64,000 bases of DNA from Candidatus Bathyarchaeota archaeon (GTDB taxonomy: Archaea; Thermoproteota; Bathyarchaeia; Bathyarchaeales; Bathycorpusculaceae): positions 2,016,001 through 2,080,000 of the forward strand of contig OY970176.1 in NCBI GenBank assembly GCA_963707955.1. The letters are read 5' to 3'. The translations under genes were made by a program, and so were the position numbers. Shown here in pieces: positions 29,589 to 40,236 of this stretch (the stretch's first letter is position 1; every line of letters begins with the position of its first letter). The notes under the pieces were generated by a model, which saw only the letters and a list, made by a program, of their open reading frames with translations, did no database searches and was not told where the DNA came from.

Positions 29589-29771
29589 AGAGCACTCAGA
29601 AAAGGACCAAGTGTAACTTCAGGATATTGCCTCATTTGTGATGATGGGCTGGGTCATCGAGTTTGTCGCGTAACGTGCGGTTTTTTCCAGCGCGCTACGC
29701 ACGAATCGTTGAAGAGCGCAATAATCACGACGATTGGGCGCAAAAGCATGTAACCTTAGAAAAGCTTTTTT

Positions 29772-30038
29772 GTGATGCTTGCGGGAATAGCATGCAAAGA
29801 ACTGAGGTTGCACAGGATGGATTTGGAGAAGGGTTTCTTGGGCGGTTTCTTCGTTCTGGGCTTCGGCCTGTTCATCGCGGGGTTTCTCACAGGAATGCTG
29901 GCTCTCGGCGTCTTGAACGTGGCGCCTGACTTTGCGACGTTGGGGCTCTTGATCTTCGCGGTCGGTTTCATCGTTGGAATGTTGACTATCGCGTTGACAC
30001 TCGTGGTCGTGAACCTGACCGGAGCGCAGAAGCCCTGA
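29772..30038 (+). CDS. Small 2-TM membrane protein (likely start near 29817)
   Basis: Two hydrophobic helices. Confidence 0.6.
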   Translation: MMLAGIACKELRLHRMDLEKGFLGGFFVLGFGLFIAGFLTGMLALGVLNVAPDFATLGLLIFAVGFIVGMLTIALTLVVVNLTGAQKP

Positions 30039-30107
30039 AGCGTGCTCGGAAAACCCGTATATACCGGAGAGAACTCGTAAGTTTTCGCCCATGCACGTCG
30101 TGTCAAG

Positions 30108-30647
30108 ATGAAAACATCGCTGCTTTTCCTCTGCGTGATGCTGACCTTTCTCGTGGTAACCACATTGACAGTTCACAGTCTTGCCCTGGCTGAGACGGCC
30201 AACTGGAGTGAAGTGGCGACGTTTACAGGCCTGGGAAGCGCGCGCGTGCGCGCGACCTCCTTCACAATAGGCCATCCTGAATGGCAGATCCAATGGGAAT
30301 TCGCCCCTGACCCAAACTTTACCGCGTACGCAGTTTTCATCGTTTCCGTTTATCCGCAGGGAAAAACCCAAAATGTAGCTTTTATCCACAGTATCGGTGG
30401 TTCACCTACCAGCGGAACCGTCAACGTTCACAATACAACCGGTGCTTTCTACATGAGCGTGCAGGCAGGAACACCAGGCATACTGAATTACACCCTGATC
30501 GTTGAACAGGACCTGAACTCGGTTCCGGAGTTTCCACCATCAACCATTCTGCCCTTGGCTCTTACGGCAGCGTTGCTGGTCACGATCGACCTGGCGTACC
30601 ACAAGCAACGGTCAAAAAAGTCTGAGTTAAGATTAAAAACTAATTAG
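30108..30647 (+). CDS. Secreted protein with PEF-CTERM-like anchor
   Basis: Signal peptide; W.EVATFTG; VPEFP, TM helix and basic tail. Confidence 0.8.
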   Translation: MKTSLLFLCVMLTFLVVTTLTVHSLALAETANWSEVATFTGLGSARVRATSFTIGHPEWQIQWEFAPDPNFTAYAVFIVSVYPQGKTQNVAFIHSIGGSPTSGTVNVHNTTGAFYMSVQAGTPGILNYTLIVEQDLNSVPEFPPSTILPLALTAALLVTIDLAYHKQRSKKSELRLKTN

Positions 30648-30687
30648 TCGGTAAAACCTTCTAGCAAAGCAACTGCCGAGTGGAAGG

Positions 30688-31167
30688 ATGAAAGGCAAAG
30701 TCATCGTAATCATGGGTTCTGAACGCGACATAGAGTTCTGCCGTGAAATCGGCAAGTTTCTCAAGGCCTTGGGACTGAGCTTCTTGTTCCGCGTCGGGTC
30801 GGCTCACAAGACGCCGGAAAAAGTCTTGAAGACGCTGAAAGAGTACGAGGAAGAAAGAATCGTTTACATCACCGTTGCGGGAAGGTCTAACGCTCTCAGC
30901 GCCTTCGTCGACGCGAACACCACGAAACCAGTGATCGCCTGTCCGCCGTACTCGGAAAAGTTCAGCGGCGCAGACATCTACTCATCATTAAGGGTTCCCA
31001 GCGGAGTGGCCTCTCTGGTGACGCTTGAGCCTGAAGGAGCCGCCATCGCCGCCGCCAAGATCCTCGCAGTTGAAGATCAGCAGCTGGAAAAGCGCGTGGA
31101 AGCCTATCAGCTGGCAAAGAAGCGCGAGGTCGAAGAGGCTGACGAAAAGGTTAGGAAGCTGAAGTAG
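30688..31167 (+). CDS. purE: AIR carboxylase family protein
   Basis: IMGSERD, SAHKTP, AGRSNALS, PVIACPP, SSLRVPSGV. Confidence 0.93.
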   Translation: MKGKVIVIMGSERDIEFCREIGKFLKALGLSFLFRVGSAHKTPEKVLKTLKEYEEERIVYITVAGRSNALSAFVDANTTKPVIACPPYSEKFSGADIYSSLRVPSGVASLVTLEPEGAAIAAAKILAVEDQQLEKRVEAYQLAKKREVEEADEKVRKLK

Positions 31168-31176
31168 TGCAGAAAG

Positions 31177-32232
31177 ATGGGCACCGTAAAGGACCTGGAA
31201 ACAATCAGAGAACCGACCCAGGATAGCATGGGGACCGGGCGATTCCATTTTTCAGACAGGTACTCAGTGTTCGACTGGGGCGAGATGCCGGACCGTATCG
31301 CCGGGAAGGGAGCAGCCCTCTGTCTCATGGGGGCCTACTGCTTCGAAAGACTGGAGGAAAAGGGCATCAGAACCCATTACCGAGGCTTAATCGCTGAGAA
31401 CGGAAAAGTCTTCAAGCTCAAGGAGCTTAAGCGGCCTGTGAACACGATGGAGATAGACTTGGTCAACGTGTACAAGCCCGGCGCGCGGGTCAAGAATGGA
31501 AAACTATGCTACGACTACGGCCGATACACGGCGAGCCTCAAGAACTACCTGATCCCGCTTGAAATCATCTACCGAAACGGTCTGCCCGAAGGCTCCTCCG
31601 TGTTCAAACGGCTGGAGCAGGGCCAAGTCACCATTGAACAGCTCGGACTGACTCGCTACCCAAAACCTGGCGACAGGCTGTCAAAGCCGATGTTCGACGT
31701 GAGCACCAAGCTTGAAGAAAAAGACAGGTACCTGCCGTGGAAGGAAGCGCAGGAAATCGCAGGCCTGACGGATGAGGAGGTTAGCGAAGTCAAGGATCTG
31801 CTCTTGAGGGTTAACAGATTGATAACTCAGGTCGCTCTGAAGGCTGACTTGGAGAACGAGGATGGAAAGATAGAGTTGGCCTTCAACCCTGAAAGGAGGC
31901 TCATGGTTGTCGACGTTGTGGGCACGCTTGACGAGTGCAGGTTCACTTACGAAGGGCTTCACGTGAGCAAGGAGATCGCGAGGCAGTTCTACCGAGAGAC
32001 AAGCTGGTTCAGAGACGTTGAGGAAGCGAAGAAGAGGGCGGAGGCAGAAGGAGTCGAAGACTGGAAAGCGCTGTGCAAGTCCAAGCCGCCTAAGCTGGAC
32101 GCCGCGTTGAAGAGGATCATCGGAGAGATGTACATGGCGGTTTCAAACGAGGTGACGGAGCGGAGGATGTTCGATGTTCCGAGCCTTGCAGAAACGGTGA
32201 AAAATTACAGGGATTACGTGGGCCACACTTAG
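31177..32232 (+). CDS. purC: SAICAR synthase
   Basis: MGTVKD, FSDRYSVFDWG, IPLEIIYRN, STK, DGKIE, VDVVGTLDECRF, SKE. Confidence 0.95.
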   Translation: MGTVKDLETIREPTQDSMGTGRFHFSDRYSVFDWGEMPDRIAGKGAALCLMGAYCFERLEEKGIRTHYRGLIAENGKVFKLKELKRPVNTMEIDLVNVYKPGARVKNGKLCYDYGRYTASLKNYLIPLEIIYRNGLPEGSSVFKRLEQGQVTIEQLGLTRYPKPGDRLSKPMFDVSTKLEEKDRYLPWKEAQEIAGLTDEEVSEVKDLLLRVNRLITQVALKADLENEDGKIELAFNPERRLMVVDVVGTLDECRFTYEGLHVSKEIARQFYRETSWFRDVEEAKKRAEAEGVEDWKALCKSKPPKLDAALKRIIGEMYMAVSNEVTERRMFDVPSLAETVKNYRDYVGHT

Positions 32233-33686
32233 GTTACAAGCTCGTGCAGTTGGCCCTTCTTCAAGGCTCTCCTCATTTCAAGGGCTATGCGGTCGCCGGT
32301 GCTCAGCCGCTTCTTGTACTTCGCGTTCGCGTACTGCGAGCCCAACCCCATGTGCACGTTCGTTCCTCCCCCGTGCCTCAGGGCAACGTCCTGCGTCACT
32401 GGAATGTGCATGTACGGGTCCTTTTCTCCGTGTATGTCGTAGAGAGCATAGTCCGTCGTCTTCTTCGCTTCAGCGCCGCCTGTGAAGTCCAGTTTAACCG
32501 TGGGCTTCAGCTCATACTTTGAAACTCTGTCCCACGTGATCAGGGTCTGCAGGCACCATGCTCCGATTATTCCTGGGCTCGCGTGTTCTCTGCAAGCGAG
32601 CAGGAAACGGTCCGCGTAGCGGTGCATGTCCTTCAGCAAGGATTCTCTGAGGCTAAGAATAGCGTGAGCCGTGACCTCGAAAGACGGGATCCTCTTTATC
32701 TTCTCCTGAACGTCAATGGGCAGTCTCTTCAGCCCGTCGAGAATAGTTTCTCTGCGCTCGTCTATCGACAGGAACTGGTTGGCCAGGCAGATGCGGGCTT
32801 CTTCCATGCTAACGTTGTAGAGCTTCGCGAACCAGTCGTCAACGTCTCCCCACTCGCTCTTCGCGTCCAGCGGCGAGTAGAAGAAGTTAAAGTTCGCGTG
32901 AGGTCCGAGAACGATCTGCTCCACGCGGCCGTTCTCCAGGGCCTTCTTGCTGAGGTTTCCAGCCTTAACTTCCCTCGCAACCTTCTCTTCCAAATCGTTC
33001 GAGTCAGCGGCGAAGATGAACTCTCTCTCAAACGCTCGGTGCGCGTGTTCAGCCTTAAGGATCATCGGCTCGTCAACAGGCTCCTTGAACTTTATCCCGT
33101 TTTTCTGCACTTGGTAGTGATAAGACTTAGGAGTTGGAATGCCGGCTTTTTCCGCAAACCAGTAGTAGTCCTTCTCGACCTCGCCCCTGTTCTCTATCTT
33201 CAGAAGGTTTCTCGAACCGAGTATCGGCACGCCGTACTTGTTCTCGATCACGCTGCACCGCTCGTCTCCACCCACGTAGACGGCGAAGGCCCTGTTCGTG
33301 ACCTGCATACACTCCAGGTCGACGAGCTCGTCGACGTACTTGACTATGTCAGAGTACTTGTCAAGTATGAGTATGACGCTTCTCCAGTCTCCGTTCTTCT
33401 TTATGTCCTTAGGGTCGTTGACGACGCGCAGGTCACGCTTCACCAGGCCCGGCAGGTCTTCAACGGTCTCGTCTGGCCTGCCGACCATGGGGTTCTGAAG
33501 GTAAATTCTCGCCCTTCCAGGCGTCGTGTAAATTATGCTCCTCACGCCGTAGTTGCGTTGGCCCTGCCAAGCGTCCAAGGCAGAGTGGGACCCGAGGTTG
33601 AGTCCGACGGGTTCCCTGTATCTTCTAACTATCTCCTGCATCTCCTCTCTCTTTATGACCATAGACTTCACCGCTGTGGGTAGCAA
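32229..33686 (-). CDS. purP: PurP-family ATP-grasp enzyme (DUF1246/DUF1297)
   Basis: LGSHSALD, NRAF..YVG, GSRNLLKIE, SLRESLL, PGIIG.WCLQ, GGGTN, STG.RIALE. Confidence 0.85.
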   Translation of the reverse strand: MLPTAVKSMVIKREEMQEIVRRYREPVGLNLGSHSALDAWQGQRNYGVRSIIYTTPGRARIYLQNPMVGRPDETVEDLPGLVKRDLRVVNDPKDIKKNGDWRSVILILDKYSDIVKYVDELVDLECMQVTNRAFAVYVGGDERCSVIENKYGVPILGSRNLLKIENRGEVEKDYYWFAEKAGIPTPKSYHYQVQKNGIKFKEPVDEPMILKAEHAHRAFEREFIFAADSNDLEEKVAREVKAGNLSKKALENGRVEQIVLGPHANFNFFYSPLDAKSEWGDVDDWFAKLYNVSMEEARICLANQFLSIDERRETILDGLKRLPIDVQEKIKRIPSFEVTAHAILSLRESLLKDMHRYADRFLLACREHASPGIIGAWCLQTLITWDRVSKYELKPTVKLDFTGGAEAKKTTDYALYDIHGEKDPYMHIPVTQDVALRHGGGTNVHMGLGSQYANAKYKKRLSTGDRIALEMRRALKKGQLHELVT

Positions 33687-33994
33687 GTTAGCTATTAATC
33701 ACATTTTAAATCTTTTCACAAAAGAAGGCAAAACCCTTGAAGAGTCGGAAAGGAATCTGGAAGGCACACGTCAACGGCGATTTGCTAGAGAAACGACCCA
33801 TTTTTGGGTTACTTATATGCACCTTTCGGTCAAAATTGCTAGGGACAAACCGCCACTTATACCTGTTTCCTTTGTAGCAAGAAATAGAGATATCTCAAGC
33901 ACACTCACTTTTTTTATTTTTTAATGCGCTCTCCATCTGTCGAACGCCAAATCTTAAATATATCTATCAATACACTGACTCTTGTGAGATCATT

Positions 33995-34954
33995 TTGTCA
34001 ACTCAACCATCGTATGGAAATGCCTTGGACGAGTGGAAAGAAGCACGCTCTGTACTCGCCAGGTATGACACCAACCTTCATGACCTGAGGAAGTACGGAT
34101 TCGGCTTCGTCACCGCCCTCCTGGCGGCCAATGGTCTACTCAGCCAAGGCGGTACATCCGTCGTTCCACTCGGAGTCAAGGCAGCCATTCTCGTGGCCAC
34201 TATGGGTTTGATTGTGGCTCTCAAACTTCTGGATACTCACTATCGCCTGTTCCAGAAGGCCGCTTCGATACGTGGCAGAATCTTGGAAGATCGGCTAAAC
34301 CTCGACATAACCAACGACATATCCTTCTTCTACGGCTTGGAAGCTTGGTGGTGGTACGTGCAGGTTCTCTACTACGCATTTGTGGGCCTGACGTTTGTGC
34401 TTGGACTCGCAATCTTGTGGGGCAACGCGCTACTCATTATTGGGATGCTCGTAGCTGCATTGGTTTCATGTTGGCTAATCTGGTTCATCAACAGGGAAAA
34501 ACCCACGGCGTTGGAAGATTGGAGCGTCGATAATAAGATTGTGAGTCAGGGTACCCCTGTGAGGATAACATATACAAATCTGAACTCTGGAGATCGCGGC
34601 GATCATCCAGGCAAGCTGAGGCTTTGGTGGAACGTCAAGCGTGAGGCGGCTATGACGGAGGCAGCGTTTGTGAAGGAGGAATCCCCCGTGGAGGTGCAGC
34701 TGCGGTACTTTGAAAATTACGACTGGCTGTGGGAGACTAAAGAAGTGAACCCCGGTTTGTACGAGCTTGCAATGTTCTCCCCTCCCATAGTGCAAAGGGG
34801 GAGAGAGGCCTTGCGCATGTTGGTGGCCCGCATCGACGCACCTGCGGCGTGGGGACCATCGTCGAGATTGACAATTCAAGTTACTAAGGCGAAGCCGGAA
34901 GAACCCGTTAAGGTTGTGCTGGAGAAGACTGGGGAGAAGACTGGCCACTCGTGA
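33995..34954 (+). CDS. Membrane protein, 4 TM helices plus C-terminal soluble domain
   Basis: Hydropathy pattern; 319-aa ORF after an AT-rich promoter. Confidence 0.7.
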   Translation: MSTQPSYGNALDEWKEARSVLARYDTNLHDLRKYGFGFVTALLAANGLLSQGGTSVVPLGVKAAILVATMGLIVALKLLDTHYRLFQKAASIRGRILEDRLNLDITNDISFFYGLEAWWWYVQVLYYAFVGLTFVLGLAILWGNALLIIGMLVAALVSCWLIWFINREKPTALEDWSVDNKIVSQGTPVRITYTNLNSGDRGDHPGKLRLWWNVKREAAMTEAAFVKEESPVEVQLRYFENYDWLWETKEVNPGLYELAMFSPPIVQRGREALRMLVARIDAPAAWGPSSRLTIQVTKAKPEEPVKVVLEKTGEKTGHS

Positions 34955-35389
34955 CTTATGTGACACCGACAGAAGCTTATTGATCGTCTGTCATTTGGGC
35001 TGACTGAAGACAACTGTGCCAACGAGGTTTTTTGGGAACTGTCTAATCTAGACAGGTATCTTAGAGAATTGAAATAGCACGCGCTCTGCGACCCGAACCG
35101 AGAATATGCCCAAAATATGGTGATGTTCTAGAGGTTTCTTCTATTTTGTTCTTACATACGTGGTTATAAGAGATGAAAGCGGCTTGATTTCTTGCGGAGA
35201 AGGGAGAATGGCTGAGTCTTGCGGCTGGGTTTTCGTTGACAACGTGCCCCTGCTCTACGACAGGAGAAGGGTTGCGAGGCAGCTTCAAGTGGAAACTTGG
35301 CTGGAGCTCTCGCGGCTCGTGACAGAGTTGAAGATGCTGGACCTGGAACCTTACAAGTTGGGGGCACAGTCGACAGCGGGCTACATCGC

Positions 35390-36193
35390 TTAGAGGCCGC
35401 AAGACTCCAACACGTCATCGAAATTCTCTCGGTTTACATTCTTCTTGTAGCGTCTAAGCGAGTCAATCATGGTCTTCCTGTCTCTACAGCCAAGTCTCTC
35501 AGCCACTTTACGCGAGAACTCGCTGATGAACAAGAACTGGCAGATCGACGTGACGTTGGATGGCCTTCGGTTCACGCTGGCCGATTCAAAATCAACGATG
35601 AACGCGTTGTCCTCCGCGGTCACGATCACGTGTTTCGGCGCGTGGCTCAGTTCACCATGGTCCAGACCGGCCACGTCCAGACTCCAACACTCCTCAAGTA
35701 CGTCGCGCAGAACCCTCTTCGTCCGCACCCTGCCCACCTTTTCTTCAAGCCATTTTGGAAGCAATTCGCCCTCAACGAACTGCATCATGAGAAAGTCTTT
35801 GCTGACTCCCAAGAGTCTGGGGCCCACGTCCACTAGGTTTGCCTTCCTGAGCATTGCGGCTTCCCGGCGCATACTAGCTCTGTCAGCGTCCATCCTCCTG
35901 ATTTTCAGGGCGACCTTCTCACCGTCCTTGTAAGCAATGGCGACTATGCCGACGCAACCCTTGCCCAGCACGTGCACGTTGAGGACCTGCTTCTCCCCCG
36001 TTAACTCTAGGGCGGCTATTCCCAGTTTTCTCAGCTCAGCCAGACGCTTCCTCAGTTCCGTCTTGGTCGCCATGGGATAGCACACTATCGACGCGTAGTT
36101 GGTTTTCAGAACGTTTTCGTCTCTCTTTAGCATAAGATTCATTTTGTGAATCGTTATGGGCTTGTTTGATCCTGTTGAAGAATGGCTTGGCAC
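35390..36193 (-). CDS. Archaeal Ser/Thr protein kinase-like protein
   Basis: LGKG..G.V, VALKIRR, HGELS, IVDFESAS, RP.NVTS. Confidence 0.88.
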   Translation of the reverse strand: MPSHSSTGSNKPITIHKMNLMLKRDENVLKTNYASIVCYPMATKTELRKRLAELRKLGIAALELTGEKQVLNVHVLGKGCVGIVAIAYKDGEKVALKIRRMDADRASMRREAAMLRKANLVDVGPRLLGVSKDFLMMQFVEGELLPKWLEEKVGRVRTKRVLRDVLEECWSLDVAGLDHGELSHAPKHVIVTAEDNAFIVDFESASVNRRPSNVTSICQFLFISEFSRKVAERLGCRDRKTMIDSLRRYKKNVNRENFDDVLESCGL

Positions 36194-36372
36194 ATGTTCA
36201 ATGAGTACTTTGTGTGTTTATAGCTTACTTTCGTCTTTTTGAGACCTTTATGAAAAAGTCTAGTAGCGCGCGCGAATAGGAGATCCTCTTAAACACTAAA
36301 AAAGGGGATAATGGAAGAAAACTGTTTACATTTGCAGAAATCCATCTATTGCCTCGAAAGCATATTGGCGTT

Positions 36373-36747
36373 CTACAGCGTGACCTGTGCTTCAAAGTCA
36401 TAGACCGTTGCCAACGCGCCAGTCCATGTTATGGTTGAAAGTCCGCTACCGTCTGTAGTCGAACCAGCCCCAATACTATAGTAGCTGACACCATCGGTAG
36501 ATTCTAAAAAGACAACAGTCGTAAGTCCTGCAACCGGGTTGCCATGTGCGTCTAAAACTTGTGCAGTCAGTTCCATACCTGTACCAGGAACATAAGCAGC
36601 CGAAGTTATTGTAACAGTGTATCTCAGATCCACCGTAACAACTGGGCTGGTGATTGTAAATGAGGCATAAGCAACCAGACCAGCACCAACTACGAGTAGC
36701 AATACGCTAGTAGCCAACAACAAACCACTTCTGCTCATTTTCATCAT
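36373..36747 (-). CDS. Small secreted Ig-like protein
   Basis: N-terminal hydrophobic signal; GGAGGTGA RBS; D..GNPV.G...TTD.SG motif. Confidence 0.7.
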   Translation of the reverse strand: MMKMSRSGLLLATSVLLLVVGAGLVAYASFTITSPVVTVDLRYTVTITSAAYVPGTGMELTAQVLDAHGNPVAGLTTVVFLESTDGVSYYSIGAGSTTDGSGLSTITWTGALATVYDFEAQVTL

Positions 36748-36830
36748 TTCTATCTCACCTCCTCCTTTCTCCTATTTCTCCTGTTTAGTTCGTAACGTGA
36801 ACCGCTCGGTCATGAAATGACCATTATTGC

Positions 36831-37253
36831 CTATTCCTTTTCGTTGTCTTTCAGAGTGTAGGCTGCGATAAACCAGTAATTGCCGTTGCTGGGTGCTGAC
36901 CAACAGAAAGTCGCTGTACCATTGTGCCCAGTGACGCTATGGCCAATTTCTTTCAGGATGCGGCCGGCAGAATTGCAAGTGTAAAAGTGGATTAGGACTC
37001 CTGCAACGTCTTCTTTATCATAAGACACGCGTCCCTTTTCATAGCGTTCTTCCGTAACCGTAAGACAAGCTGTCAGAGTGATCGTGCTGAAATGCACTTT
37101 TGCAGTGAGAGAGAGGCTGTATCGTTTGCCACTGTCAGCTTCGGCCTGTACCAAAAAAGGTGTGCTGAGCATCACCAGAACGATAAGCCCGATTAATATT
37201 TTCTTCTTATATTCAACTTTCGTAAAGCGAATTTTTCGAATTTGATTGCTCAA
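36831..37253 (-). CDS. Secreted Ig-like protein
   Basis: Signal peptide; T..NG.A.F.W...G.YWFIA.Y. Confidence 0.65.
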   Translation of the reverse strand: MSNQIRKIRFTKVEYKKKILIGLIVLVMLSTPFLVQAEADSGKRYSLSLTAKVHFSTITLTACLTVTEERYEKGRVSYDKEDVAGVLIHFYTCNSAGRILKEIGHSVTGHNGTATFCWSAPSNGNYWFIAAYTLKDNEKE

Positions 37254-37410
37254 AATGCACTAGACTCTTTAGCTAGCTCTACGGGTTCATTTATAAAACT
37301 TGTGGAGTTTTCTTCTATAATCCAGCTCTATGGAATAACCTGAAATATTGGCCGAATCGCGCGCGCCAAGAGTGTGCTCAACGTCTGAACGAGTCTCTCT
37401 TTTCTCTTTG

Positions 37411-37439
37411 GGTTTGGGATAAAACTTTACCCCCACACC
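37411..37439. repeat. Third copy of the GGGATAAAACTTTACCCC palindrome
   Basis: GGTTT-GGGATAAAACTTTACCCC-CACACC. Confidence 0.8.
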
Positions 37440-37663
37440 GACAAATCGTCGCGTATCTATCCTTAGCCTCGCGCGCGCCATCATTTTGAGTTCTAAAAAC
37501 TGGGAGTCCGCAAACAGGACGCATTTCCGTAGTCAAGCGCATTTACACGATTTCAAAGGATTTTCACGTAAAATACCAGAAGTATTCATTCACTCATAGC
37601 CCGCGCTAATTGATTAGGAGCGAGAAGATTGAATAGGCAAGGAGAGCAACCCAAATACTTATT

Positions 37664-38083
37664 CTAGCGTTTCTTATGGGCACGCTTCCACTCGTCATAC
37701 TTTTCCAATGCCTCATCGACTTGGCGGGTTATGAAGTCCTCCGCACTTTGGTAAGGTGTGCTCATTTCCTTCACAGCGTCATTCAGCTTTTCATACTGTT
37801 CTCTAGGGATTTCCACGCACTCGTTTTCTCCCTTCAACCAGGTTAGTCTGAAACGTATAGCGTCGCGAATGAATTCTTCCTTAGTGGTGAAACCCATGTG
37901 CTTGTTTTCTTCAATGAAATTCTGCGTTTGTATGAGGAGTTCGGGTGGAAGCATGACGGACTCATTGATGAGCGCGTTTATCGCGTCTTGGTAGGTTTGC
38001 ATTTTGCTTGTCTGAACCATCAACTCACCTAGTAGCGATGTAAGTTTCTGATGGGTGTCATCCGATATTTTGAGGGTTTTCAT
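37664..38083 (-). CDS. Multi-RHH DNA-binding regulator, divergent from the virion operon
   Basis: MKTLKISDDTHQKL; V.LPPELL....GFTTKEEFIRDAIR; VEIPREQY...Y.SAEDFI (three RHH-like units). Confidence 0.75.
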   Translation of the reverse strand: MKTLKISDDTHQKLTSLLGELMVQTSKMQTYQDAINALINESVMLPPELLIQTQNFIEENKHMGFTTKEEFIRDAIRFRLTWLKGENECVEIPREQYEKLNDAVKEMSTPYQSAEDFITRQVDEALEKYDEWKRAHKKR

Positions 38084-38543
38084 GACGTTTCCATCCTAGT
38101 TCATATGTCATCAGAGCAGCACAAGAATGTTTAGTAGTATTAGGTTTAAAACTTCTCCCCTGTATACCAAGTGTCCTGTGTACCGCCAGCGGACTCTTGC
38201 TCGTCGTCTCGCACGATATCCTCCTGCGTACCGTCTGGTATTTCTAATCCATAAGGCATTGTAAAGACAGAAGCCTCGCCGCCTTTGAGTGGCGTTCGAG
38301 TTGGTATTTTTGACACATAAAAGAAGTAAAGAGACTTTGTTAAGAAGACAGATTCGCCGGCTAACACTTTCTACCAGTTTCCATGATCGTCTGCGTTGCG
38401 AAACCGTCAGTAAGTTGTCACGGATAGAACTCTTAAGATTGCTAAATCATCCTGTCCAACTGGATCAGGTTCCAGAAGTAGAAAAAGGCGAGGTTCTCGT
38501 AGACTCTCGCGGCGAGGGCTCCTTTCAAAGGATGCGTTAGATA

Positions 38544-38897
38544 ATGCCCACTGACCGAAGAGGAGGATGGGTCTATTTGCCTCGTGTAAGCATGAAAAGG
38601 ATGGTTTGTAAACGCCTACAGAAGTGCAGGCGAATTCTTCAGATTGACACTCAGCAGATTCGCTTCAAGGTAATCAAAAAGCTTGAGGAAATGTTCGACT
38701 GCGCTCATGCTTTAAGTCAGAACACAGGTCTGGGTCTTCGCGAACGGCAGAAATGGGCAAGAATCGCGGCCTACATCGCTCAAACGATTAACAGCGTTTC
38801 GGCAGGATTCGACGAACAGAAGGTTAACCGTGAGCTTGACGAGTTAGAGAACCTTGTCAATCAAGCCAGAGCAAAGACGAAGGATGGAAAGGCTTAA
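38544..38897 (+). CDS. Putative terminase small subunit
   Basis: Position overlapping the TerL start; short helical protein; positional call only. Confidence 0.5.
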   Translation: MPTDRRGGWVYLPRVSMKRMVCKRLQKCRRILQIDTQQIRFKVIKKLEEMFDCAHALSQNTGLGLRERQKWARIAAYIAQTINSVSAGFDEQKVNRELDELENLVNQARAKTKDGKA

Positions 38898-40233
38898 GCG
38901 CGAGGTGCTCAAGCCTGAGGACGTTGCTCTTCCAAAAGATCCTGTTGAATTTGTGAAGGCCGTTTTCAATTTTAACCCAACAGACTACCAGGAGCGGCTT
39001 CTCAGAGACAAGAGCAAGCGAATAGTCGTGCGGTGGTGCCGTCAAGCTGGAAAAACAACGACTATCGCGCTGGGAGCAATCTGGTTCGGCTTGACCTATC
39101 CGAAAACGTTGACGCTCATCGTGGCGCCAAGCTTGAGGCAAAGCATGATAATGGGTGACTGTGTTCAGGATTTCCTTAACAGTCTACCCCAAGACCTTCA
39201 TGAGGCACTCATAGATAAGCAGCAGCGAACTGTCACGCGGTTCAAGAACGCCAGCAGAATCGTGATCCTGCCAAACTCGCCTCAGCTTCTGCGAGGTTAC
39301 ACAGCTCACAAAGTCGTACTAGAAGAGTGCAACTTTTTCCCTGCAGACGAGCTGATAGTTCACAGTGTCATCTACCCAATGCTTGCAACGACGGACGGTA
39401 CGCTCATCGCTGCGAGTACTCCTTGGAATAAAGACAGCATCTTTTACCGCATGTGCCAAAGCAACCAGTTCAGCAAGCATGTTGCAACGTGCGACGACGT
39501 CGTAAGAGCCGGCACCATCAAACAAGAATTCATCGACCAGATGCGTGCTGAACTTCCGTACGAACGTTTCCAAAGAGAATTCAAAGCAGAATTCATTGAA
39601 GATATCGACACTTGGCTCACCCAGAGCTTGATCGTAAGCTGCATTGACAGTCAATTGCAGCCCTACGATTTTCAGGACCGACCGAAGGGCGAGTTTTACG
39701 TCGGCATCGACTTCGGCAAAGAACAGGACTTCAGCATAGTCCTAGTAGCTGAGAAGTCTGGACCTACAGTACGAATAATTCATGTGCACAGGTTCCCGCT
39801 AAAGACGGAATACGCAAGCGTGATCGGCTACGTGAAAAGCCTCCAGGACCGCTGGCAAACCGTGAGGGCAGTTTACGCAGACATAACCGGCGTAGGGGGT
39901 TACATCGTCGAGGACATGGTCCGCAGCGGGATCCAAGGCGTGACCGGCGTAACCTTCACGGTGCAGTCGAAGGAAGAAATGGCCACGATCATGCGGGAAA
40001 AAATGCGGACAGCTGAGGTCAAGATTCCATACGTACCCGCGAGAAAACTGGAAGATGTCGATTTGACTGCTGAGTTGAACATTGAAAAGTATGAGTTGAT
40101 GAAGACTGGGCACATCAGGTTCAGCCATCCAGAAGGCGGCCACGATGACGTTTTCTGGTCTGCAGCCTTAGCTGTTTACGCTTCTGTCAAGGCGCCGCTG
40201 CCTGGAAGAGGCGCGTTCATGCTTCCGCATTAG
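38884..40233 (+). CDS. terL: Terminase large subunit
   Basis: P..YQ, RQAGKTT (Walker A), AP..RQS, LRG, ASTP, GIDFG...D, D.TGVG, HDD. Confidence 0.95.
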   Translation: MERLKREVLKPEDVALPKDPVEFVKAVFNFNPTDYQERLLRDKSKRIVVRWCRQAGKTTTIALGAIWFGLTYPKTLTLIVAPSLRQSMIMGDCVQDFLNSLPQDLHEALIDKQQRTVTRFKNASRIVILPNSPQLLRGYTAHKVVLEECNFFPADELIVHSVIYPMLATTDGTLIAASTPWNKDSIFYRMCQSNQFSKHVATCDDVVRAGTIKQEFIDQMRAELPYERFQREFKAEFIEDIDTWLTQSLIVSCIDSQLQPYDFQDRPKGEFYVGIDFGKEQDFSIVLVAEKSGPTVRIIHVHRFPLKTEYASVIGYVKSLQDRWQTVRAVYADITGVGGYIVEDMVRSGIQGVTGVTFTVQSKEEMATIMREKMRTAEVKIPYVPARKLEDVDLTAELNIEKYELMKTGHIRFSHPEGGHDDVFWSAALAVYASVKAPLPGRGAFMLPH

Positions 40234-40236
40234 AAG

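Noticed and set aside
29619-30389. 256-aa minus-strand ORF
   Set aside because: Overlaps two more plausible plus-strand genes; no recognisable features.
32583-33683. 366-aa plus-strand ORF
   Set aside because: Antisense shadow of the purP-like gene.
36200-38540. attL of a provirus
   Set aside because: No tRNA fragment and no direct repeat matching the 61-64 kb side was found by eye.
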